In this document: piece after piece, positions 27,027-37,644 of the stretch | Layout: each line of letters starts with the position of its first letter | How positions within the stretch are numbered: the stretch's first letter is position 1 | Assembly: GCA_951406725.2 (NCBI GenBank) | Contig: OX597823.1 | Span: forward strand, 107,508,001 to 107,572,000 | Origin: Octopus vulgaris | Lineage: Eukaryota | Reading direction: 5' to 3' | Length of the DNA: 64,000 nucleotides | Position numbers and translations under genes: made by a program | Notes under the pieces: model-generated | The model's input: only the letters and a program-made list of their open reading frames with translations | Told to the model about the DNA's origin: nothing | Database searches by the model: none

Positions 27027-28511
27027 TTAAGACACCAATCTAAAAAAAAGAAAAAAAACATTAAAAAATTTAAAATAAAATAAACAAAGGAAAAACTGGA
27101 AAAATCCAATAATTGTTTTTTTTTTTAGTTTTGGGTATTTTTCACAACAAAAATTAAAACTTATCCAACAATCCTGGCATATTTTTCCTTTTTGGGGGGG
27201 GAGGGGGTGTTGTTGATTATTTTGGTATATTTTTTGTTTGTTTTATCTGTGATGGCAAAACTCTCACTCATATCAAACACACTTAATTTAAAGATCACAA
27301 TACTGCCATATAAAGAGAATCACACATCAAAGTAAAACCAATTCCAAGATAAGCTCACAAAAATATCATATACTTATAGTGTATTTTTCTCTCAACTTTT
27401 CTAATGATGTTTCCTGTCTGGGTTTAAGAAGTTTTATTTTAATTTTTTAAAACTTTTTATAGTTTGTTTCAATTTTCATTCTTTTCCTTTATTTTACCTT
27501 AGATAGAAGACTCCTCTTTCAAGACCATTCTGTGGCAAATCGCAGTGCGCATTTCCTCAAAGACTGAGGTATAGACACATATATAAAAATAGTGCAGATG
27601 CCAAACAAAGCTGGCCATTATTAATTATTTGTTTTAAAAACTCCCATCTCATGATAAAACAGGAAGAAATTCCATCATTTGTGGCATCTGCCTTTGCTCT
27701 ACAGTTGTGGATGATAATTTTTTTTATTTCACTTTTTGTTAGGTGTTGTAGTTGAGGCTTTGTTAGAAATGTTTTCTGAAACTTTGTATTTTGTCTGCTT
27801 GCTTTAAGCATACTGTTGCTGTTGGTTTTATTGTTAGTGTTGTTGTTTTGGAAAGGCAGAGCAAGAGAGAGGAAAGGTAACTAATTATATTCTTTTTTTT
27901 TTAATAATGGAATTACAGAATACTGAGATTCATGATCTAAGAATATACAAGAGGTTGTCTTGCTGCCTTCTAAGGAACAACCAAGTTTTGTATGTGCTGT
28001 ACATACAGAGCACACACACACATGTGTGTATGCATGTATGTATATATATTTAGATATATAGATATATATACATATATATATATGCATGTATGAAAGATTT
28101 ATTTTCTTGACCTTTCACTCTGCTCTTATTTCTCCAAAATCTTTTTTATTTTATTTTTTTGTTATATTTTATAAAAAACAAATTCTGTATATAGATCAAG
28201 CCAAATGCAAATGTTGAGGTGGGTGAGAAATTGCACATAAAACTTTTATTTAATACACTGTTTTCAAAGAGCAACTAGCCAATCAACCAGCCAAAGTCTC
28301 ATGCTAGATAGACCTACACAATTCTGGTAGTTTGCAGTATATTTTCTCTTGCCTCAGTTAACACTCTTTAGGAGTTAAGATTCTTCCTGTTATGACTGAA
28401 TTTCCCTAGTAAAATATCAGTAGATAAACTAACATGTATGTATGCTTGTATACATGTGGGAGAGTGTGGATGGGATGTATGTTTAAGAATTTTAATGATT
28501 GTGAGCTCATA

Positions 28512-31500
28512 CTAAGGCTCAGCTGGTACCAAGGTGAGAGTGAGTGTAACAGGTTCTGTTACACGCTGGCGAACCGGCATGTGTACAACAGAAGGAATAA
28601 AGTTTGTATCCACTAAATTATTTTCTAAATGAAATGCTTGCATAATAAAAGGAGTTTGTGACTTATTGTCAGTACTTCTACAACCATAACCATCATTTTC
28701 GGTAGAATCCATGTCACAGTTGTTGATACTGCTATTGTTAATATTGCTGTTGTTGTTGTTGTCATCATTATCTGTTGCAGGTGTTGCTTTAGTTGAAGGT
28801 AGTTGCTCTTCATCAGGATAATTACTGATGTTGTTATGAGTTCGAGGAGAAGATGAATTGGGTTCTTTTAAATCTTCATCAATATCTTCAGAAGGCATTG
28901 AAGAAGGTGACATTTTTGGCCCATGGTTAAAAGCCATATGCTTTTGCAACAATTTTGGAAAACTGCATGTAAAATCACACTGTCTGCAAGAATAGAATCC
29001 ATTATCTTCTGATGGTTCAAGATCTGATGTCAACTTGGATTTTTTAACATGCACTTCCCTTATATGCATCTGACATGCTTTCTTACTCAAATATTTAATG
29101 CCACATTTGGCACACTTAAACTTTTTGATACGGATGCCTTTTGGTCGGGGTCGGGATTCTTTTATATCATTTGCATGATATTCTGTGATATGGCGGATGA
29201 GAGAATGTTCATAAAGGAATGATTTAAGGCAGGTTTTGCAGGTGAACCTCCCAACAGTGCCCTTAATAATGCTATGTTTGCGTTCTTCATGAGAATATAT
29301 ATTTGAAAGCCACCTTGTTTTGTAATCACAGTGAACACAACTGTATAGCTTTGGTTTGCCACCACGGGAGTACTTTCTTCGTAAGCTATTTCCCCAGCTG
29401 AGACTGTTGTGCAAAGGACCACCAAAGTGATGCGGTGGTGAAAAATCAGGTTTTGCACTTACCTCAGCTTTATGATCATTCAAGACATGCATCTGAAGGC
29501 TAATGCTATTTGGAAATACTTTGAAACAGAACTGGCACATCTGAGCTTCTAAAGGTACATATTTATTGTCTGAAGGTAAAGATACCCCATGATCCTTTAA
29601 AACATGAGCATGCAGCCACTTTTCATTTTTAAATCGTCGGTCACACAGTTTGCAAACTTCAGTGAAATGGTTGTAATACCTATTGTTAACAGGGGTATCA
29701 TCAAGCTGTTCTGTTTTGATTTTGACCTCATCAGGATTTTGATGATGATGGCTCAATAATTTGGAATCAGAGTTAGTGAGGCAGGAATCTGACAAGCTGT
29801 TAGGTAAAATTGAAAAGCCATCAGATAGCTTCTCATTTTGACTTCCAGGGGAGGCATTACCAATGCTACCACTGTCTACGGGAGAAGACCGCATGGAAGG
29901 GCTTGGAGTGATTTTCTGTTCCTCAGCTGTTGGTAAGATTCCATGCTTGTTCAGCTTATGAGTTCGTAAGAAATACTTGTTGCACAACTCCTTGTTACAG
30001 ATGTCACAAATCACACGAGAAGAATTCACTGGTTCTTTCCATCGCCATGTATGTTTTTCAAAACTTTCATTTGGTTGAAAACCATCCACGCTCATACTCA
30101 CAGCTAAATTATTTATCAACTTTTTATTTGGCTGAGGTAACTGCATCTTATCAATGGTTTTACTGTCAATTCTATCTGACTTGATGCCATGAATGTTCAA
30201 CTTGTGGGTTCGGAGAAAATATTTACTGCACAGCTCTTTTTTGCAGATTTCACAATATGCTTCTGGGTCAATGCCCATTTTCACCAGTTCATGGTGGTCA
30301 GGTTTCTCAATATTACTCATTGAGGTCAGAAACTCTTTGCCATTCATATCAACTTTCTGCATCTCTAATAAGGCTAGCTCTTTTGCTTGATCTCGAATAA
30401 TATCACGTATGTATTCCTTTTGATTATCTTTAAACAAATTCAGCTTAGGAGAAAGTGATTTCCCCTCACTCTGCTTGTTCTCCTTCTCAGCAGACATGAT
30501 ATCAATTCCATGTACTTTTAGCTTGTGGTTCTTAAGAAAATACTTATTGCACAACTCTTTGCTACAGATGTCGCAGGTAACGCGATCTGCAAGCTTTGCT
30601 GCAATCATGTTTCCAAAGAGTGTGGGCATTCCGCTGCTGTCAGTGACACTGTTTCCATTTCTCATGTCGCTGCCAACAAATCCAGGCATGGATTTAATCC
30701 GTGCAGACATGTCACTTGGTAACTGACCATCCAGCGGATGGCTCTTGGAAGGTGTTTCATGAAAGACACCATGCACGTTCATGCGATGAATGCGGTAGCT
30801 GTATTTGCTTGAGAATTCTCTGTTACAGATGTTGCAGTAAGTGACATAACACTCACTGTTGGAATTTGAAAGAATGTTCTGGGACAGGCCCACCACAGAG
30901 CTGATCATGCTGGACTGGGACACGTTAATACCAGTACTTGTCAAGAGATTTTGAGGAATATCGTTTGTTCCAGACCCCTTCATAAGTGCTAGATTTTTGA
31001 GAACAGAAGGATCTTTCAGGTTTGTGAGATCCTTGCTTAAACTAATAGCTTCTTTGGCGAGCATTTGCTCTTTCATCTGTTCTGCATCCTTCATTCCCAT
31101 GTCCTTTGGTTTCATGACAAGAGGCATTCCTTGCTCCTGAGATACACGCCCAGACAATGCATCTTCTTTTCCTTGGTCTCTAATAAGTCCTGGTTCCTGT
31201 TTCACATCAGGATGTTCAGACTCAGTAGCTATTCTGGACGAAATTTGTGGTTGCTGTAGCTGTGGTTTCATCTCGTCAGTATAAATATTATGCATGTTGG
31301 CTTTGTGGATCTTTAGGAAATATTTATTGCAGAACTCTTTACGACAAATCTCACAGTACGCTTCTGCATTTAGAACCCCAATACTACGAAGTGCATCACT
31401 TGCAATGGGTTGTGCTGGCGGGGCGGAACTTGATGATGGTGGCTGTGGCTGCGATTGTGAGGACTGAGATGCTGGTGGTGGAAGTGGTAGTGGTAGAGGT

Positions 31501-33536
31501 TGCTGCTGTTGTGTTTGTTGTTGTTGTTGTTGGTGGTTTTGTATTTGTTGTTGGTGATTTTGTATTTGCTGCTGCAGCACTTGTTGGTGATTCTGTAATT
31601 GTTGTTGCTGCTGTGTTTGCAACTGTTGTTGCTGGTGATTCGGCAATTGTTGAGTTTGTAATTGTTGCTGGTGATTCTGCAAATGCTGTTGCTGATGTTG
31701 CTGTTGGTGGTTCTGCAATGGTGAGTGTTGTTGTTGATTCTGTAGTTGTTGCTGTGGATTTTGCAGTTGTGGTTGCTGCTGTTGTTGTTGGTTTTGAATC
31801 TGCTGCTGGTTTTGCATTTGTTGTTGCTTCTGTTGAGGAGATGGTATCTGTTGTGTTGGTGCAGCTTCCATGTGTTGAGTGGCGATGGGCTGAGAAAGGA
31901 CTGAATTATTGTGTGGTTGCATCTGCGGCTGGGGCTGGTGCAACAGAGGCTGTGCTGGGATTATCGCTACAGGAGGTACAAAAGGGTTCAACACCATAAC
32001 ACCAGCCATATTAGGCATGCTGGCCATGGACTGAGGTACAATAATGGATGACGAGGTAACAGCGACGGACGTAGGGATGTCGACTGGACGTATACGTCTG
32101 AAATTGTTGCAGCTCTCCGGCGCAATGCCGTGAACATCCTGTTTGTGTTTTTTGAGGTAGTATTTGTTGCAGAAGTGCTTCTGACATAACTCACAATAGT
32201 CTTCCAAGTCTTGATTGACACTGCCTTCAGTAATTATTTTCTGATTCTGTGACTGAGGATCTAATCTATATGATGATGGTGTGACAATTTGCTCTTGAGG
32301 CGGCTGTTGCTGAGGTGGAGGGGGAGGAATCATTGAAGGAAATGTGTTCATTGAAAATGGTGACGGTGCATTCTCATAGATACCATGCTTGTTAGCTTTA
32401 TGCGTTTTCAGAAAATATTTGTTACAAAATTCTCTATCACATATTTCACAGTAGGCATCAGGATGAAATATCCGGGTACCATCATTTTTTATACTGAGTT
32501 CACCAGTTGAGTCTTTGGATTCTGCCTCAGTGGGATCAAGGCCTGGTATGCTGGAAAGAGGCACAGAAGAGGGCACTATTGTAAGTGTGCCTATTGGCTC
32601 CAAGCCATTCTGACCATTGGACTGTTGTTTTATACTTTGCTGGAGTTCATTTGCTAAGCGATGGTATTCAGTTGGAAATGTCTGCCAATGTTCTGGTTTG
32701 AAACCACTGATGTGGTTTTCTTGGGGTGGTAGTTCTTTTTCAGGTTCCAGCAGTGGTTGTTGTTGTTGTTGTTGTTGTGGTAGTGGTGGTGGTGGTTGTG
32801 ATTGCTGCTGTTGTTGTTGTTGCTGTTGTTGTTGTGGTGGTTGTGGTGGTGGTGGTGGTAGTAGTGGTGGTGGTGGTGTTGGTGAAGGTACAGTTGATTG
32901 TTGCTGTGGTGGTGAGTGTTGTTGATGATGTGGTGAAGGTAATGGAGACTGTTGTTGGGATATTTGCGCAGGTATATGTTGGGGCGATACCTGTGGAGGT
33001 GATATCTGTGAAGGTGATATTTGAGAGGGTGATATTTGCTGTGGAGGTAATGGGTGTGGTACTATATGTTGTGGGGTTAATGGAGTTAACTGTGTTGACA
33101 GCTGTGGTGGTGATAACTGTGGTGGTATGTGTATTGGAGCTGGCGGTTGGAGAGGTAACTGTTGAGGTGGTAGTTGTTGTAATGTTGGTAGTGGTAGTGG
33201 TATTGCTGGTGGTGGTGGTGGTGGTGGTGGTGGCACTGGCCCTAGCTGTTGTTGTGGTAGTTGTAAGGGAGGTAATTGCTGTAACTGTGGTACTTGTGGT
33301 TGTGGAGACACTGATGGTAAGAGTTCAGGACAACTTTGGCCAGAAGAGAAATTATCAGCAGCCTCTTCCTTCAGTTGGCTGGTGTCGTCTTCATCATTGG
33401 TCAGCCTCTCTCCACAGTCTTCCAAATCATAGTCTGGAGGGTTTTCAAACTGTTTTGATACAGTTTCTCCAGAATCCAAATCTGCACTATAAGAAACTCG
33501 GTTTGGTTTTGTTTGCTTACGACGGTTCGACTTCAT
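28512..33536 (-). CDS. Multi-C2H2 zinc-finger protein (1674 aa, 13 fingers, poly-Q/poly-P low-complexity regions); probable transcription regulator
   Basis: Uninterrupted 5025-nt ORF in otherwise ORF-poor DNA. It has 13 Cx2Cx12Hx4H motifs (e.g. YCEICDREFCNKYFLKTHKANKH). An in-frame TGA four codons upstream supports the ATG at 33536. Basic N-terminus (RRKQTK) and psiKxE sites (VKQE, IKTE). Confidence 0.96.
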   Translation of the reverse strand: MKSNRRKQTKPNRVSYSADLDSGETVSKQFENPPDYDLEDCGERLTNDEDDTSQLKEEAADNFSSGQSCPELLPSVSPQPQVPQLQQLPPLQLPQQQLGPVPPPPPPPPPAIPLPLPTLQQLPPQQLPLQPPAPIHIPPQLSPPQLSTQLTPLTPQHIVPHPLPPQQISPSQISPSQISPPQVSPQHIPAQISQQQSPLPSPHHQQHSPPQQQSTVPSPTPPPPLLPPPPPQPPQQQQQQQQQQQSQPPPPLPQQQQQQQPLLEPEKELPPQENHISGFKPEHWQTFPTEYHRLANELQQSIKQQSNGQNGLEPIGTLTIVPSSVPLSSIPGLDPTEAESKDSTGELSIKNDGTRIFHPDAYCEICDREFCNKYFLKTHKANKHGIYENAPSPFSMNTFPSMIPPPPPQQQPPQEQIVTPSSYRLDPQSQNQKIITEGSVNQDLEDYCELCQKHFCNKYYLKKHKQDVHGIAPESCNNFRRIRPVDIPTSVAVTSSSIIVPQSMASMPNMAGVMVLNPFVPPVAIIPAQPLLHQPQPQMQPHNNSVLSQPIATQHMEAAPTQQIPSPQQKQQQMQNQQQIQNQQQQQQPQLQNPQQQLQNQQQHSPLQNHQQQHQQQHLQNHQQQLQTQQLPNHQQQQLQTQQQQQLQNHQQVLQQQIQNHQQQIQNHQQQQQQTQQQQPLPLPLPPPASQSSQSQPQPPSSSSAPPAQPIASDALRSIGVLNAEAYCEICRKEFCNKYFLKIHKANMHNIYTDEMKPQLQQPQISSRIATESEHPDVKQEPGLIRDQGKEDALSGRVSQEQGMPLVMKPKDMGMKDAEQMKEQMLAKEAISLSKDLTNLKDPSVLKNLALMKGSGTNDIPQNLLTSTGINVSQSSMISSVVGLSQNILSNSNSECYVTYCNICNREFSSKYSYRIHRMNVHGVFHETPSKSHPLDGQLPSDMSARIKSMPGFVGSDMRNGNSVTDSSGMPTLFGNMIAAKLADRVTCDICSKELCNKYFLKNHKLKVHGIDIMSAEKENKQSEGKSLSPKLNLFKDNQKEYIRDIIRDQAKELALLEMQKVDMNGKEFLTSMSNIEKPDHHELVKMGIDPEAYCEICKKELCSKYFLRTHKLNIHGIKSDRIDSKTIDKMQLPQPNKKLINNLAVSMSVDGFQPNESFEKHTWRWKEPVNSSRVICDICNKELCNKYFLRTHKLNKHGILPTAEEQKITPSPSMRSSPVDSGSIGNASPGSQNEKLSDGFSILPNSLSDSCLTNSDSKLLSHHHQNPDEVKIKTEQLDDTPVNNRYYNHFTEVCKLCDRRFKNEKWLHAHVLKDHGVSLPSDNKYVPLEAQMCQFCFKVFPNSISLQMHVLNDHKAEVSAKPDFSPPHHFGGPLHNSLSWGNSLRRKYSRGGKPKLYSCVHCDYKTRWLSNIYSHEERKHSIIKGTVGRFTCKTCLKSFLYEHSLIRHITEYHANDIKESRPRPKGIRIKKFKCAKCGIKYLSKKACQMHIREVHVKKSKLTSDLEPSEDNGFYSCRQCDFTCSFPKLLQKHMAFNHGPKMSPSSMPSEDIDEDLKEPNSSSPRTHNNISNYPDEEQLPSTKATPATDNDDNNNNSNINNSSINNCDMDSTENDGYGCRSTDNKSQTPFIMQAFHLENNLVDTNFIPSVVHMPVRQRVTEPVTLTLTLVPAEP

Positions 33537-33537
33537 C

Positions 33538-33705
33538 CTAGTGAATCAGCTGGCTTCTTTTCTTGATAGAAATATATGCAGAATACAATGAGGTATTTCT
33601 GGTTTTTTCAGTAGAAACAATACATCTTGTGGCCACTATTTGTTTTATCCATGTTGAACTTTGCATACATTCATAATAGTCACTGACCCGTATTCCAATT
33701 TTCAT
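33538..33705 (-). CDS. Upstream ORF (55 aa) in the 5' leader of the zinc-finger gene
   Basis: ATG at 33705 reads MKIGIRVSDYYECMQSSTWIKQIVATRCIVSTEKTRNTSLYSAYISIKKRSQLIH*. TAG at 33540-33538, then one G, then the main ATG. Translation is not demonstrated. Confidence 0.45.
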   Translation of the reverse strand: MKIGIRVSDYYECMQSSTWIKQIVATRCIVSTEKTRNTSLYSAYISIKKRSQLIH

Positions 33706-33707
33706 GT

Positions 33708-33730
33708 CTGGAATAGAAAATAAACAACAT
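33708..33730 (-). promoter_or_regulatory. Splice acceptor for the zinc-finger coding exon
   Basis: Minus strand reads ATGTTGTTTATTTTCTATTCCAG|ACATG: polypyrimidine tract plus CAG, 171 nt upstream of the main ATG. Confidence 0.7.
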
Positions 33731-34195
33731 TCTTAGATGAAACATAGTCAAGAATAAATATGTATCTAAATTAACATTTTGTAAAACATGAATATCAAAG
33801 AGTCTAGAAATATGCAAGTGAGCTATGAAGTTTAAGGAGCTGCATTACAAACAAAGTGGAGCACAAATCGTATTGCGGTCAATATTGTGCTTGTGGACAA
33901 AGTATATAATTCTGATTCCCCTAAGTTTAGCATGTTCTACTTTAAAGCAGATTAGAAATTCTTAGCTGACAATATGTAAATTGCATCAATTTTAAAAAAG
34001 AAGAAGAAAAAACATTTAAATTGATCCCAATACTTGCTTGCTACTTATTTTATCAACTTCTGAAAGGATGACAATCCAATAGGATTTGAACTCAATGTTG
34101 AGAATGAACGCAACAAAACAAGTCATATTGACTGCATCCATCACTAAACATTTCTCTTCTTTGCCAAAAATACATCACATAAAAAGGACATTTTC

Positions 34196-34230
34196 TGGAC
34201 AGGCTGCAAAAAGTTTTTGCAACCTGTCCA
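34196..34230. repeat. 17-bp-arm inverted repeat
   Basis: tggacaggctgcaaaaa g tttttgcaacctgtcca, one mismatch (G-U pair on the minus strand). Confidence 0.85.
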
Positions 34231-34444
34231 TCTGCTGCTTAGGTATATAGAGAAAGAGTAAAAGTTTATATTTACATATGTGATCTACTAGTCAGAAAAA
34301 TAAATTCTCTTCTTAATTTAAGAAACAATGATAAAAGAAGTTTCATAGTTTAAGATCTTACAGCCATCTTTTAATTAGGATTGAATTTTTTTTAACTTCT
34401 ACATTTTTGCTTATTCTTATAAGAAGTTCCTTGAAGGTTGACCC

Positions 34445-34515
34445 AAATCCAATAAGTGTGGTGATCTGAATTTAATGTCAAACATTAAATTCAGATCACC
34501 ACACTTATTGGATTT
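34445..34515. repeat. Perfect 34-bp-arm hairpin with 3-nt loop
   Basis: aaatccaataagtgtggtgatctgaatttaatgt-caa-acattaaattcagatcaccacacttattggattt. Confidence 0.97.
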
Positions 34516-37005
34516 ATATTAAAATCAAAAGAGTGAGAAGCAACTGAAAATGACAGTATCCATACTCTATCAATCCCTGTTGATAAAAGTTGTTTTCAAC
34601 TGGATGTTAAATTAACTAGTAAAATTAGACACACTAAAAAAGCCATTTAGAATACATTACCTATAAATATATTACACATTTATTTTTTATGAGGCATTCA
34701 CAAGTTTCAGCAAAGTTATATAGCATTGTAAATTGAAATGACAGTGACTCTGCCAACATTTAATGAATTAAATTTAAAGAATATGCAAAGTATGTACATT
34801 TTAAAAATTGAAAATACAAATGTTAATTAAAAGACAGTTGTAAGATATGAAACTTCTTTTTCCATTATTTCATGGATTAAGAATAAAAATTATTTTACTA
34901 ACTAGTACATATGTGTAAGCTTTTACTCTATACACATAAACAAAACACATAAAAAAATCCAATTCGTATAAGTTTCTAGAGTATATAAACAAAATCAAAG
35001 ATGCCTTTTCACCCAATGAAATGCAACACAGAAAATTCAGTTTCTGAAAGTTAGTTTCTAAAAGGCATACCAAAAAACAACATTGCCACTATACAAATGT
35101 ATGTACACATACATAAAGAAATCCAATTCCTATAAGTTGTTTGAAAGATACACTTGATTCCACCAATACTGCCTTCATTGCATAGCAACAGCAACTTCAT
35201 ATTTCTTTGATAGAAGAAGGATGAAGAACTCCACAGAAGCTGTTGTTCCTTAATGGGATTAGCACATCACAAGGAATGGTTCAAATTGAATAGAAATGAA
35301 ATGGAAAGAGAAAACAGCTTCCTCTCTCTCTCTCATCTCCCTCACACATAACTAAGTGGTTAAGTGCAATCAAATTGAAAGAAAAAGTACTTTGCAAATC
35401 TTGCTAAACTTTGAAAGAAAAAGGGAAACTTCATAAGTTTTTTTGGTATTATACACGTATAAATATAGAGCTTTTGAGCTGGAAGTAGATACATTCATAC
35501 ATAACACTGGATGCAAATATAAATACACAAACACTAATTCATAGGCTAACAAACAATACAAAAATGCATAAACATTAAACAGGTGAACATATTTTAAAAC
35601 ATGGATGTAGAACCAGAAAATGAAGCTAGATGCAATAATCAAAATTGAACAGAACTGCTTGAGCAGAAGCAAAAAATAGCAAATAGTGATGGTAATGATG
35701 ATTATGGTAGTAACCATGATAACACAATGGGAATGAGGATGAAGATGGCAGTAATGATAATGCTGAGAATGATGATTGGTCACATAGCTAGGTTAGAAGT
35801 GCCCCACACCTCTATTACTATTTGACCTTAGAGTCATGACATAATTAATTAGAGAGAGAGAGAGAGAGACACACACACACACACACAGCCATTTGACAGT
35901 CTGAAGGTGCTGCTAGGTGGCATCTATAAGGGATCAGATAAAACAAACGAGGCTGGCTTGGTAAAGAGAGCTAATATTGTTGAGAAGCAAATATATCTTC
36001 CATCTTGTTATCCAAACACATATATAGATGCGTAAGCATAGCTCTGCCTCATTCTACATATCCAAATGTATCTCCACATATGCATAAAATTTTACACAAC
36101 CATACCATACTAAAGGCTATGTATTCAAAGTCTCCATACACAAGAATACACAGGCATAAAGATATTACATACATAAAACAAATATATGTATTCATATCTA
36201 AATACAAATGAAATACTAACCTGACTACAGAAATATGTACGTACACACATCTTGACTTACTAAAAATATAAGCTACAAACATCACAAAAGCCAATTATCA
36301 TCCCTTATAACTATTTATTAAAGTAACTATTTTGATAGAATAATCCCTTAGCCATACATAATTATTTTCATCTGGAAAGCAAAAGATCAAATAAAAAATC
36401 CATTTTACTTAACCACAAATTTTTGAATCAGTAGAACTAAAAGTCATAGATAAACACAAGATTTATCACTGAGTAATCATTCAAGGAAGTTGAACAGTAA
36501 AAATATGTTATGAGAAATTTAAAACATTTCTTAGAACTCAGAACTTTTTCTCATCATATACTTATTAAGTAAATTAACCAGTCCCACCACTAGTGATCTG
36601 GAGGAAAAATAAAAAGATAAAGAAACTGAACATCTACATAATAAGAAACATGAATTTTTTTATCATAATGATAAATAAAAACAAGAAATTAGTTAAAGTA
36701 TATATTCATCAATCTTACCCAAGAGAAAGTATTCAAGACTACTGCAAACATAGCTTTTTATCACATGTAAATAATTAAATGAAAGAAAAGAAACTTATAT
36801 GTGTGCACTGACTGGATAATTTTAATTTGGATGGGGACAAGCAAAAATGCAGATATGGTGGTAAGATATAAAGTTTGGCTGTTTACTTAAGTTTCTGAGG
36901 CTAAATGCAACTCTGTCATAGCAAATCAGCTGAATCCATGCCGAATAACCGACCTATTACTTTCTACAGTATCAAGACAAGATGTCTGACAAATATATCC
37001 CTTGC

Positions 37006-37190
37006 GAAGTAGTGAGCTAGCAGAATCATCAGTACACTGATCAAAATGGTTAACAATATTTCACCTGTCTTTACATTCGGAGTCCAAATTCCACTGAAGC
37101 TGACTTTGCCTTTCATTCTTGCACGGTTGATAAAATAAATACCTATCCCACCACCCCAAATTTTTGGCCTGGTGCCAAAATTTGAAACCA
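37006..37190 (+). mobile_element. Family-A SINE
   Basis: Head gtagtgagctagcagaatc, core gactttgcctttcattc...gataaaataaatacc, tail ggcctggtgccaaaatttgaaacca. Confidence 0.85.
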
Positions 37191-37644
37191 ATATATATAA
37201 CCTGCTTAAAAAATTTTTTTTAAAAAGTCAATTTCTTCTTTAGTTTCATTTCAACGGTATTCATGTATATTTATTGAGGAGGAGAATAAAAATTTTTAAT
37301 AACCATTCATGCATTTTCAAAGGCATGAACAGTATAGCTAAAGAGAGATGACTGCAAAATGGGAATAAGAAACATCTAAACCACTGGCATCAATTAAATG
37401 TTTAAAGCTAGTGAGATGGTATGAGGGAGGAATCTAAAGACAAAGTAAAAATTAACAAGTTTTTGTTAGCAACTTCATAAATGTAATTAAATCAAAGATC
37501 AAGAAATTGTGTTAAAGTTGTTTTGTGCTACAAGTTGTAGGTGAAATTATTATCTGTTACAATTCTGCAGGAAAAATGGAAATTTATGTATTTGTTCTAT
37601 TTATTTCATTCATAATAGCAATAAAATCCTAGGTCACAAAAAAT

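Noticed and set aside
31247-33541. Long + strand ORFs (250, 102 and 271 aa; poly-V, poly-C/G)
   Set aside because: Antisense shadows of the CAA/CCA-rich poly-Q/P codons of the zinc-finger CDS.
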